A stretch of DNA of 36,017 bases from an uncultured Bacteroidales bacterium (GCA_964653185.1 CAZZDX010000001.1:1-36017), one strand, 5' to 3'. Shown: positions 15,563 to 23,383, counted from the first letter of the stretch. The notes: generated from the letters alone by a model not told the origin. Numbers and translations: made by a program.

Positions 15563-18313
15563 ATGTCAACTAAAATTGAAAGAGTAATTATGAACGAAGC
15601 AGAAACAAGAGCAGAACTTATAGACCCTAAATTAAAAGCTTGTGGTTGGGGTGTTGTAGAGGGTTCTAAAATCCTTCGTGAAAGAGATGTTTGTAAAATT
15701 ACAGACGGTAGAATACAAATTGGCGGTAGTAGAAAAAAACCACTTATTGCCGATTATATTCTGGTTTACAAAGGTATTAAACTCGCTGTTGTTGAAGCTA
15801 AAAGTGATGAATTAACTGTTGGTGAAGGAGTAGCACAGGCAAAACAATATGCAGAAAAACTAAAATTAGAAACCACCTATTCCACCAACGGAAAAGAAAT
15901 TTATAGCATCTGTATGAAAACAGGTGTAGAAGGTTTGGTAACCGATTATCTAACTCCGGAAGAACTTTGGGACAAAACCTATTCTGACCAAAATGAGTGG
16001 CGGGAAAAATTCGCTTCAGTTCCTTATGAAGATAAAAGTGGTACCTGGCAATTACGATATTATCAGGAAATTGCAATAAAAAACACACTTGAAGCAATTG
16101 CAAATAACAAAGACCGCATTTTATTAACCCTTGCTACAGGAACAGGAAAAACAGATATTGCTTTTCAAATTGCCTGGAAACTTTTTCATACTCGTTGGAA
16201 CCTTACTTCGACAAGCTCAGTAACCGATTATGTTGCAAGACGACCACGAATTTTATTTCTCGCAGACCGAAACATTCTCGCAGACCAGGCATTCAATGTT
16301 TTTTCAGCATTTCCCGATGATGCTATGGTAAGAATTAAACCCGGCGAAATAAAAAAGAGAGGTAAAGTGCCAACCAACGGCAGCATCTTTTTTACCATCT
16401 TTCAAACCTTTATGAGTGGGGGTTCGACAAGCTCACCCACCACTTTAGAACCAAAGATTATTAAGCCTGTCGAAGCATCCTTTGCTGAAATAAGTCAAAT
16501 TGAGGATGCAAAAGGGTATATGTATATTTTAGAATGTGCTGATGGTAGCTTTTATACAGGAAGTGCAAAGAACTTAAATAAAAGATTAGCTGAACATCAA
16601 AAAGGAGAAGGTTCTGAATATACAAAGCAGCATTTGCCAGTAAAATTAGTTTACTATGAAACTTTTGAAAGAATTGACAAAGCATTTGATAGGGAAAAAC
16701 AAGTCCAACGATGGAGCAGAGCAAAAAAAATAGCTTTAATCAATAGAGATATTGAACTTCTAAAACAACTATCTAAAAGCAAAACTAGTATTGCGCCAAA
16801 GGTTGCTGAGCCTGCCGAAGCATATTTTGGCGATTATCCTGCTGATTATTTTGATTTTATTATTATAGACGAGTGCCATAGAGGCGGAGCAAATGATGAA
16901 GGAAATTGGAGAGATATTTTAGATTATTTTTCACCTGCTGTTCAGTTGGGCTTAACAGCCACACCAAAACGAAAAGACAATGTTGATACTTACCGATATT
17001 TTGGTGAACCTGTTTACATCTATTCGCTCAAAGAAGGTATTAGTGATGGTTTTTTAACACCATTTAAAGTAAAACGTATCAAAACAACTCTTGACGATTA
17101 TATCTACACAGACGATGATGATATATTAGAAGGTGAAATAGAAGAAGGAAAACTTTACATTGAACCTGATTTTAATAAAATCATAGAAATAAAGGAAAGA
17201 GAGGCGAAACGAGTTCAAATATTTATGAACGAAGCTAATCAGAACGATAAATCTATTATTTTTTGTGCTACTCAAGTCCACGCAGCAGCAGTTCGTGATT
17301 TGGTAAATCAATTCAAGAAAAGCCACGACCCAAATTATTGTGTTCGTGTTACTAGTAATGATGGAGAAATAGGAGAACAATTTTTAAGGGAATTTCAAGA
17401 TAATGAAAAACTTATTCCAACTATTCTAACTACTTCTCAGAAACTTTCAACAGGCGTAGATGCAAGAAATATTCGAAATATTGTATTAATGCGTCCGATT
17501 AATCAAATTATAGAGTTTAAACAAATTGTTGGCAGAGGAACACGTTTATTTGACGGAAAAGAATTTTTTACTATTTATGATTTTGTAGATGCATATCAAC
17601 GTTTTTCAGACCCTGAATGGGACGGTGAACCTGTTGAACCTGAAGGACAACCAGACATAATAGTACCAGAACCTCCCAAAGAACCTAAAGAGCCGGAAGA
17701 TGGAGATAAAAAAGAAAAACGAAAAAAAATTAAAATTAAATTGAGCGATGGTAAAGAACGTGAAATACAATATATGATTGCTACTTCGTTTTGGAGTGCT
17801 GACGGCAAGCCAATTTCAGCAGAAGAATTTTTAAATAACTTATTTGGAGAACTTCCCAATTTCTTCAAAAGCGAAGAAGAATTGCGAATAATTTGGAGTA
17901 ATCCAATAACAAGAAAAACATTGCTTGAAAAGTTGGACGAAGCAGGTTTCGGAAAAGATGAATTAAACACACTACAAAAGCTAATTAACGCAGAAAAAAG
18001 CGATTTATATGATGTGTTGGAATATGTGTTTAACAGTGACATAAAACCAATAACAAGAGAAGAAAGGGTAACAAGAGCCGAAGCAACAATTTTTGCATTA
18101 CTCAACGACAAACAAAAAGAGTTTATAGAATTTGTATTGAGTAAATATGTAGAAACAGGCGTTGAAGAACTTGATCAGGATAAATTACCAATCTTACTGA
18201 CAAATAAATATCAATCGTTGGAAGATGCGAAAGAAATATTGGGTGATGTTTCAAACATAACATCGCTGTTTATTGAATTTCAGAAACATTTATATAAAAC
18301 TAAAGTAGCATAA
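15563..18313 (+). CDS. hsdR: type I restriction enzyme, R subunit (EcoEI-like architecture) carrying an internal GIY-YIG insertion
   Basis: N-terminal PD-(D/E)XK region (NEAETRAELIDPKL...ADYILVY...VVEAKSD). Helicase motifs: I ATGTGKT (16133-16153), Ia ILFLADRNILADQA, II DECH (16868-16879), III LTATPKR, V STGVDARN, VI QIVGRGTR. The C-terminal domain is of EcoEI_R_C type. The start could alternatively be the Met at 15590. Confidence 0.9.
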   Translation: MSTKIERVIMNEAETRAELIDPKLKACGWGVVEGSKILRERDVCKITDGRIQIGGSRKKPLIADYILVYKGIKLAVVEAKSDELTVGEGVAQAKQYAEKLKLETTYSTNGKEIYSICMKTGVEGLVTDYLTPEELWDKTYSDQNEWREKFASVPYEDKSGTWQLRYYQEIAIKNTLEAIANNKDRILLTLATGTGKTDIAFQIAWKLFHTRWNLTSTSSVTDYVARRPRILFLADRNILADQAFNVFSAFPDDAMVRIKPGEIKKRGKVPTNGSIFFTIFQTFMSGGSTSSPTTLEPKIIKPVEASFAEISQIEDAKGYMYILECADGSFYTGSAKNLNKRLAEHQKGEGSEYTKQHLPVKLVYYETFERIDKAFDREKQVQRWSRAKKIALINRDIELLKQLSKSKTSIAPKVAEPAEAYFGDYPADYFDFIIIDECHRGGANDEGNWRDILDYFSPAVQLGLTATPKRKDNVDTYRYFGEPVYIYSLKEGISDGFLTPFKVKRIKTTLDDYIYTDDDDILEGEIEEGKLYIEPDFNKIIEIKEREAKRVQIFMNEANQNDKSIIFCATQVHAAAVRDLVNQFKKSHDPNYCVRVTSNDGEIGEQFLREFQDNEKLIPTILTTSQKLSTGVDARNIRNIVLMRPINQIIEFKQIVGRGTRLFDGKEFFTIYDFVDAYQRFSDPEWDGEPVEPEGQPDIIVPEPPKEPKEPEDGDKKEKRKKIKIKLSDGKEREIQYMIATSFWSADGKPISAEEFLNNLFGELPNFFKSEEELRIIWSNPITRKTLLEKLDEAGFGKDELNTLQKLINAEKSDLYDVLEYVFNSDIKPITREERVTRAEATIFALLNDKQKEFIEFVLSKYVETGVEELDQDKLPILLTNKYQSLEDAKEILGDVSNITSLFIEFQKHLYKTKVA
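16206..16220 (-). repeat. solo in-frame copy of the CTGAGCYTGYCGAAG 15-mer inside hsdR
   Basis: The plus strand reads CTTCGACAAGCTCAG (reverse complement CTGAGCTTGTCGAAG). This is 14/15 identical to the intergenic copy at 7405-7419. It translates as TSTSSV within WNLTSTSSVTDYVARRPRILFLADR. Confidence 0.55.
16421..16823 (+). mobile_element. in-frame GIY-YIG nuclease cassette within hsdR, bounded by repeats
   Basis: GIY-YIG core at about 16514-16745 (GYMYILECADGSFYTGSAKNLNKRLAEHQKGEGSEYTKQHLPVKLVYYETFERIDKAFDREKQVQRWSRAKKIALI) with the Tyr, Tyr, Arg, His and Glu signature positions present. Flanked by direct repeats GCCTGTCGAAGCAT (16465-16478) and GCCTGCCGAAGCAT (16810-16823), exactly 345 bp (115 codons) apart and in the same frame. 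An inverted copy, TTCGACAAGCTCA (16423-16435), forms a stem with 16464-16474. Confidence 0.65.
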
Positions 18314-18801
18314 TGAAAACAAAAACATTAATAGTATATTATTCTTTGACCGGAAAAACAGAATCCGTTGCAAAAGCAATTGCAAAAACATTAAATGCAG
18401 ATATAAAAAAAATTGAAGAAGTAAAAAGAAGAAAAGGATTATTTGGCTTTATTAATGGAGGATATTGTGCAAGAAAAGGAAAGTGTAGTGAAATAAAACC
18501 TATGGATTTTAACTTGGACAATTATGACATAATATTCTTAGGGACACCGGTTTGGGCATCAAGGTCAGCTCCGGCAGTTAACACATTTATCTCAAAGGCA
18601 AATTTTAATGATAAAAAGGTGATTATTTTTGTTACAATGGGTAGCACTGGTGATAAAGGTGCAATTAAAGTATTAACTAATGCAGTAGAATCAAAAGAAG
18701 GAAAAATTATTAATTCATTTGCTATTCGGACTGGTAGAATAAAAAGTAAAGAGATAATCAAACATGGAGAGGACATTGGGAAACAATACATTGATAAATA
18801 G
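18313..18801 (+). CDS. flavodoxin-family protein (short-chain)
   Basis: Typical FMN-binding N-terminus LIVYYSLTGKTESVAKAIA. About 160 aa with an alternating beta-alpha pattern (IIFLGTPVW, VIIFVTMGS). The ATG shares one nucleotide with the hsdR stop (TAATG). Confidence 0.75.
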   Translation: MKTKTLIVYYSLTGKTESVAKAIAKTLNADIKKIEEVKRRKGLFGFINGGYCARKGKCSEIKPMDFNLDNYDIIFLGTPVWASRSAPAVNTFISKANFNDKKVIIFVTMGSTGDKGAIKVLTNAVESKEGKIINSFAIRTGRIKSKEIIKHGEDIGKQYIDK

Positions 18802-18843
18802 TGCATTATCGTCTGCACCATTGTATATGCAAAAAATATTGAG

Positions 18844-19686
18844 CTAAACCATAAGATGATATTCCATTAACCCTTGTATTGGCGATTTAACTATCTTTTT
18901 TATTGATACATTATTTTTTTTAGCAACTTTTTTAAGTATATCTTTAAAATAAAATGCTATTGAGCCAACACAATTTACCGGAACGGATTTATAGTTTGAA
19001 TAGCGACAAATCTGATAATAAAAAAAACTGTCAAAGCAGGATTCAACAATATTATAAATATAAGGATTCTTTATATTTTCAGAAAAAAACATACCAAAAG
19101 AAGCCAAAAATCTATTAGGATAAGCTTGCTTATAAACGCAGTCAAGTATATCTTCATTACTGAGTTTATATTTTTTGTAAAAGATATTTTTTATCTCTGT
19201 TGGCAATTCATCTTTTAAATATGCTTTTATAAATATTTTGCCAAACTGGGCACTGCTACCTTCATCACCAAACATATATCCAAACAAAGGCATATTTTCT
19301 ACAATATTTTTTCCATCATAATAACATGAACTTGAGCCGGTTCCCAAAATACAAACGATTGCCTCACTCCTACCGCATAAAGATCTTGATGCACCAAGTA
19401 AATCATGCTCTACTGTAACATCTGCATTAATAAAAATATTATTCAAAACTTTTGCAACAATATCACATTTTTGCTTAGAAGAGCATCCTGCTCCATAATA
19501 ATATATTTTTCTGACAGAAATACAGTCAATTTTAGGGATTAAGTCCTTTCTTAATATTTTTTCAATATCTTTATAATCAATAAAATAAGGATTAAATCCT
19601 ATGGTCTGAAAATCTTCAATCTCTTTTTGAGCATTTATTAATTTCCAGTCCGTCTTTGTAGAGCCACTGTCTGCAATTAAAATCAT
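18844..19686 (-). CDS. BadF/BadG/BcrA/BcrD-type ATPase (N-acetylglucosamine kinase-like)
   Basis: N-terminal phosphate-1 motif ILIADSGSTKTDW, an internal ILGTGSS motif, and a length of about 280 aa. Confidence 0.8.
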   Translation of the reverse strand: MILIADSGSTKTDWKLINAQKEIEDFQTIGFNPYFIDYKDIEKILRKDLIPKIDCISVRKIYYYGAGCSSKQKCDIVAKVLNNIFINADVTVEHDLLGASRSLCGRSEAIVCILGTGSSSCYYDGKNIVENMPLFGYMFGDEGSSAQFGKIFIKAYLKDELPTEIKNIFYKKYKLSNEDILDCVYKQAYPNRFLASFGMFFSENIKNPYIYNIVESCFDSFFYYQICRYSNYKSVPVNCVGSIAFYFKDILKKVAKKNNVSIKKIVKSPIQGLMEYHLMV

Positions 19687-19700
19687 AATTTTATAAATTG

Positions 19701-20612
19701 TTAAATATCAAATTTTTTGCCATCTTCTGCAAGAAAAGTATTAGAGAAAATGCTTTTTGCTTCTTTTAACAATAAGTTTAAGTCCTTATATCTTGCAGAA
19801 AAATGTCCGATAACAAGTTTATTTGCATTTGCTTTTTTTGCAATTTCTGCAGATTGTTTTGCTGTTGAATGAAATCTTTGTTCTGCATTTATTTTTTTAT
19901 CTTCCATAAATGTTGCTTCGTGATAAAGCAAGTCCACATTTTTTATTTGTTCAACTATTGGCTCAAAATATTTAGTATCAGAGCAATATGCATAAGAACG
20001 TGGCTTTGGTGGTTCAATAGTTAGAACAGCATTTTTATACACTTTGCCATTATCATCTATATAATCTTCACCATTTTTTATTTTACTAAATTCTGTAAAA
20101 GGTATATTTATTTCATTAAGAACATCTTTTTTTATATTCCTTTCATGTTTTTTTTCTTTAAATAAAAATCCACAATCAGGAATACCATGATTTAATATTA
20201 TTGTTTTTACAGATAATCTGTCATCTTCAAAAATAATTTTAGAAACATCACATTTTAATGAATGAAAAATAAGAGGATAAGACAATTTTGTGTTAGATGC
20301 TTTTAATTGTATATCAATTATTTGTTTTAACTCAGAAAAAGCATATAAATGAAGTTCATTAGTTCTGCCAAGCAAATGCATTGTATTTAATAAGCATATT
20401 AGCCCAAAATAATGGTCTCCGTGCAAATGACTGATAAAAATATTATTAATTCGTTGAAATTTGATATTATACTTTCTTAACTGCAATTGCGTGCCTTCAC
20501 CACAGTCAATTAAAAACAAACGCTCATTTACATTAAGTATCTGAGCGCTGAGATGTCTGTTTGCTATTGGTATAGCAGAGCCAGACCCAAGAATTGTTAC
20601 AGAAAATGTCAT
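19701..20612 (-). CDS. rnz: ribonuclease Z (tRNA 3' processing, metallo-beta-lactamase fold)
   Basis: ILGSGSAIP start, LIDCGEGTQ, the HLHGDHYFGL zinc motif, and C-terminal HEATF and GHFSARY motifs. Confidence 0.9.
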   Translation of the reverse strand: MTFSVTILGSGSAIPIANRHLSAQILNVNERLFLIDCGEGTQLQLRKYNIKFQRINNIFISHLHGDHYFGLICLLNTMHLLGRTNELHLYAFSELKQIIDIQLKASNTKLSYPLIFHSLKCDVSKIIFEDDRLSVKTIILNHGIPDCGFLFKEKKHERNIKKDVLNEINIPFTEFSKIKNGEDYIDDNGKVYKNAVLTIEPPKPRSYAYCSDTKYFEPIVEQIKNVDLLYHEATFMEDKKINAEQRFHSTAKQSAEIAKKANANKLVIGHFSARYKDLNLLLKEAKSIFSNTFLAEDGKKFDI

Positions 20613-20645
20613 TAATTTAATTATGAATGTTTGCTGTTTATAAAA

Positions 20646-20953
20646 GATTGAAAAATTAAAAGTGGTGTGTTAATTTTGTAGGATAATTCGCCAAAAAATT
20701 TCCTGCAAATTTTGTATATACTAAATAAGGTAATAAGGTTATTTTTATAGCGTATTCAATATTTCTACTAAGGTTATTTTTTTATGATAAGGTTTTAAAA
20801 ACCTTATTTTAAAGATTTTAGACCTTAGTAGAAAAATACAAATTCTGTCAGTTTTTCAACCTTATTACCTTATTAAAAAAAACTTAATTTTTTCAGGAAA
20901 AATATTTATAATAAATACGTCAAAATTAACATACCAGATTGAAAGATTAAAAG
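20646..20953. mobile_element. non-coding foldback (MITE-like) element of about 276 bp flanked by 18-bp direct repeats
   Basis: Five block pairs lie symmetrically about position 20799 or so. Pair 1: GTGGTGTGTTAATTTT (20662-20677) with AAAATTAACATACCAG (20922-20937). Pair 2: TTTCCTG with CAGGAAA. Pair 3: AATAAGGTAATAAGGTT (20724-20740) with AACCTTATTACCTTATT (20858-20874, perfect). Pair 4: TTCTACTAAGGT (20763-20774) with ACCTTAGTAGAA (20822-20833). Pair 5: the central ATAAGGTTTT/AAAACCTTAT. Flanking direct repeats AGATTGAAAAATTAAAAG and AGATTGAAAGATTAAAAG match at 17/18. Confidence 0.45.
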
Positions 20954-21099
20954 ATTCTTTATTCCTCATAATATTCAAATTTTCTAATCTTTTGCTCAAA
21001 AAACAACAACAAATTAAAACAGATAATGAACAGATTGAAATAAATATTTTAGCATCATTTTAAAAATCCTGCAATCAGATAATTTGGTCTGAGACCCAA

Positions 21100-21828
21100 T
21101 TATTTAGAAATTATCATTCTTTTTGTGATAACCTGATTTTCATTACTTATTTTATATAAATATATTCCTGATGTTAAGCCATCTGCATCAAAAATGATAT
21201 TATTAGTGCCGGCTTTGGCTTTTAAAGATTTTTGGGAAACAACATCACCAATAATGTTATAAACAGTAAAATCAAAATTATCATTTACAGGAGTAGTATA
21301 AACAATTTTTGTCTTATTAGAAAAAGGATTTGGTAAATTTTGCAAGACATTAAATTTGTCAGGTATAATTATTTCTATTCCGCTGGTTCCTTGTATTCTA
21401 AGTATACGTACTTCCGTGCCAGGAATTTGCTGCCCTTGTAAACAAGTTTGTATATTAAATGTTAAAGTATCAATTCCTGCATCAGCAGGTGCAGGTGTGC
21501 CTGAAATCAATATACAGCCGGATGTTCCTCCCGGCCAGTAATCATTTGTAGCATCTGCCTGATATGTAAGATTGGCAGATAATCCATCAATACTGGTAAT
21601 ACCTACGGAATCAATAGGAACAGCACCTACTATAGGAAGAATTGTATCAGCAGGAATTACTATTGTCATTATTGTGCTGTAAGAAGTTCCAACATCAGCA
21701 TGTGGCAAACTGTCAGCAGGATAAAGACCGGTATTTGTATATGCAGGGTCAGGAGTACACTGTGCATTAACTAATACTATACCAAACAATGAGACAACAA
21801 ATAATGAAATAAGTATTTTTGTTTTCAT
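21100..21828 (-). CDS. secreted protein with a T9SS C-terminal sorting domain
   Basis: Signal peptide. The C-terminal roughly 80 aa match the Por secretion tail pattern (LQNLPNPFSNKTKIVYT...FTVYNIIGDVV...GIYLYKI...ITKRMIISK). Confidence 0.75.
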   Translation of the reverse strand: MKTKILISLFVVSLFGIVLVNAQCTPDPAYTNTGLYPADSLPHADVGTSYSTIMTIVIPADTILPIVGAVPIDSVGITSIDGLSANLTYQADATNDYWPGGTSGCILISGTPAPADAGIDTLTFNIQTCLQGQQIPGTEVRILRIQGTSGIEIIIPDKFNVLQNLPNPFSNKTKIVYTTPVNDNFDFTVYNIIGDVVSQKSLKAKAGTNNIIFDADGLTSGIYLYKISNENQVITKRMIISK

Positions 21829-21954
21829 AGTTTTTATATTTTATAGGTTATTAAAATTAATTTAATTATTTAAAATTCCAAATGTAATAAAAAAATATAA
21901 AATAACAATAAAAAATATAAATATTTTTTTTCTTTATGCAGATTATATTTTAAA

Positions 21955-21974
21955 CTGACGGGTTAACCCGTCAG
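21955..21974. repeat. perfect 20-nt palindrome CTGACGGGTTAACCCGTCAG in a divergent intergenic region
   Basis: Self-complementary over all 20 nt. It is a GC-rich island between the T9SS-cargo gene start (21828, minus strand) and purC. Confidence 0.7.
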
Positions 21975-22048
21975 TTGTTTATACATAAATTGGGTGGTTT
22001 AAAATTTAAATCATTCAACGATTTATGACTTTTACAAAAAAATTTAAT

Positions 22049-22056
22049 TACTTTTG
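22049..22056 (+). promoter_or_regulatory. candidate Bacteroidota -7 box (TAnnTTTG) for purC
   Basis: TACTTTTG, 48 nt upstream of the ATG at 22104. It overlaps the GTG that opens the longer ORF in the track, which argues for the ATG start. Confidence 0.4.
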
Positions 22057-22103
22057 TGATAATTATTAATAATTCCAACATTTTTAAACAGAACATATTT
22101 ATT

Positions 22104-23075
22104 ATGACTAATATTTTAAATAAAACCAATTTTAATTTTCCTAAACAAACAAATTTTTATAAAGGAAAAGTAAGAGATATTTATACAATAGATGATAAAA
22201 TGTTAATAATGATTGCAACAGACAGAATTTCATCTTTTGATATTGTTTTACCAAAAGCTATTCCTTACAAAGGTCAGGTATTAAATCAAATTGCAGCAGA
22301 ATTTCTTGATGCTAGCGATGATATTATTCCTAACTGGAAAATTGCTGTGCCTGATCCTATGGTTAGTGTTGGAATATTATGTAAACCATTTAAAATAGAG
22401 ATGGTTATAAGAGGTTATCTGTCAGGTCATGCATGGCGTGAATATAAACAAGACAAAAGGATTATTTGTGGAATATCTATGCCTGACGGAATGAAAGAAA
22501 ATGATAAGTTTCCTGAGCCAATAATCACGCCTAGCACAAAAGAAGATAACGGACATGATAAAGATATATCTAAAAAAGATATTTTATCTGATTTAGATAA
22601 ATTAATAAGCAAAAATGATTATGAAAAATTAGAATATTATACAAAAGCATTATTTAAGCGAGGAACTGATATTGCTAATAAGATGGGATTAATATTAGTT
22701 GATACCAAATATGAATTTGGTAAATATAATGATAAGATATATCTTATTGACGAAATTCATACTCCAGATTCTTCAAGATATTTTTATAAAAAAGGATATA
22801 ATGAAAGACAAAAAAATAATGAGCCACAAAAACAGCTGTCAAAAGAATTTGTAAGAGAATGGCTTATGAAAAATAATTTTAATGGACAAAAAAATCAAAA
22901 AATTCCTGAAATGACTGATAAATTTATAAATTCTGTATCAAAAAGATATATAGAACTTTACGAAAATATTACAGGCAAAAAATTTATAAAATATGATGAA
23001 CTTGACATACAGAACAGGATAGAAAGTAATATAAATAACTTTCTTAAGGGGACTTCTATTAATTGCATCTTATAA
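22104..23075 (+). CDS. purC: phosphoribosylaminoimidazole-succinocarboxamide synthase (SAICAR synthetase, long form)
   Basis: [41 protein letters not shown] and [10 protein letters not shown] motifs. Confidence 0.9.
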   Translation: MTNILNKTNFNFPKQTNFYKGKVRDIYTIDDKMLIMIATDRISSFDIVLPKAIPYKGQVLNQIAAEFLDASDDIIPNWKIAVPDPMVSVGILCKPFKIEMVIRGYLSGHAWREYKQDKRIICGISMPDGMKENDKFPEPIITPSTKEDNGHDKDISKKDILSDLDKLISKNDYEKLEYYTKALFKRGTDIANKMGLILVDTKYEFGKYNDKIYLIDEIHTPDSSRYFYKKGYNERQKNNEPQKQLSKEFVREWLMKNNFNGQKNQKIPEMTDKFINSVSKRYIELYENITGKKFIKYDELDIQNRIESNINNFLKGTSINCIL

Positions 23076-23131
23076 ATAAATTGTAAATTTGTTTATTATC
23101 CTGGATTATCCATAAATTTTCAGAAAATATA

Positions 23132-23169
23132 TATCCTTGTCCCCGCCTTTTAAGGCGGGGACAAGGATA
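23132..23169. repeat. perfect 16-18-bp GC-cored hairpin TATCCTTGTCCCCGCC-TTTTAA-GGCGGGGACAAGGATA
   Basis: Read directly from the sequence. An AT-rich inverted repeat AAATTTTGAAAA/TTTTCAAAATTT follows at 23190-23201/23224-23235. Confidence 0.8.
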
Positions 23170-23262
23170 AAAGCATGACACCATCTGTAAAATTTTGAAA
23201 ATTTTATAAAATAAAAAATAAACTTTTCAAAATTTCGCAGAAGTGGGTGTTGCTTAAATCTA

Positions 23263-23383
23263 TACCCCGCCCTGAAGGACGGGGCTAATGATAATAACAT
23301 ATAATTTAATTTATGAACTTAGCGAACTTAACGAAGTGATCTCATGAGCGAAGCGAATAACCGATCTCACGAAGTAATAATTC
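23263..23383 (+). repeat. composite dispersed repeat, copy 1 (GC hairpin, AT spacer, TGAACTTAGCGAA...CGATCTCACGAAGTAATAATT)
   Basis: Imperfect hairpin CCCCGCCCTGAAGGACGGGG (23265-23284), then ATATAATTTA, then the CGAAG-rich module with an internal duplication. Matches the reverse complement of 31314-31392. Confidence 0.7.

Noticed and set aside
16416-16440. tRNA-like T-arm (GGTTCGA within GTGGGGGTTCGACAAGCTCACCCAC)
   Set aside because: Only a short local stem is present. There is no acceptor, D or anticodon arm around it. It lies inside a continuous ORF and is better explained as a copy of the 15-mer repeat family.
16421-16823. Intein explanation for the in-frame insertion in HsdR
   Set aside because: I saw no recognisable Hint-domain splicing blocks. 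The candidate junctions lack the usual N-terminal Cys/Ser and the C-terminal His-Asn followed by Cys/Ser/Thr. The inserted domain is GIY-YIG with repeat boundaries at the DNA level, not an intein-embedded LAGLIDADG or HNH endonuclease.
17596-18111. 171-aa antisense ORF inside hsdR. Similar antisense or overlapping ORFs lie at 12000-12422, 12438-12674, 15798-16103, 476-742, 2438-2752, 9128-9361 and 29947-30198.
   Set aside because: All lie opposite or out of frame within strongly supported genes. They have low-complexity or Ser/Leu/Phe-rich composition typical of antisense frames in AT-rich DNA and show no recognisable motifs.
18313-18801. Flavodoxin as a functional component of the restriction system
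   Set aside because: No mechanistic precedent is known to me. The 1-nt overlap is more simply explained by the island having inserted directly upstream of a resident gene. I keep it only as a low-interest note.
22056-22103. N-terminal extensions offered by the ORF track: purC from GTG 22056, Memo-like from 27969, L28 from 28254, DUF1016 from TTG 12713
   Set aside because: The extensions are hydrophobic or low-complexity and overlap candidate TAnnTTTG promoter boxes. Internal ATG codons give the canonical N-termini (MTNILNK.., lipoprotein signal MKKSILL.., MSKSCELTGKR.., MDNKLDK..).
23106-23300. 64-aa minus-strand ORF in the purC-downstream spacer, and the 95-aa ORF at 31442-31729
   Set aside because: Both are translations across hairpin and repeat elements (peptides of the PALKGGDK and SFRAGY type come from the palindromes). 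The second also overlaps the 3' end of the DUF1573 gene. No start context or motifs support them.
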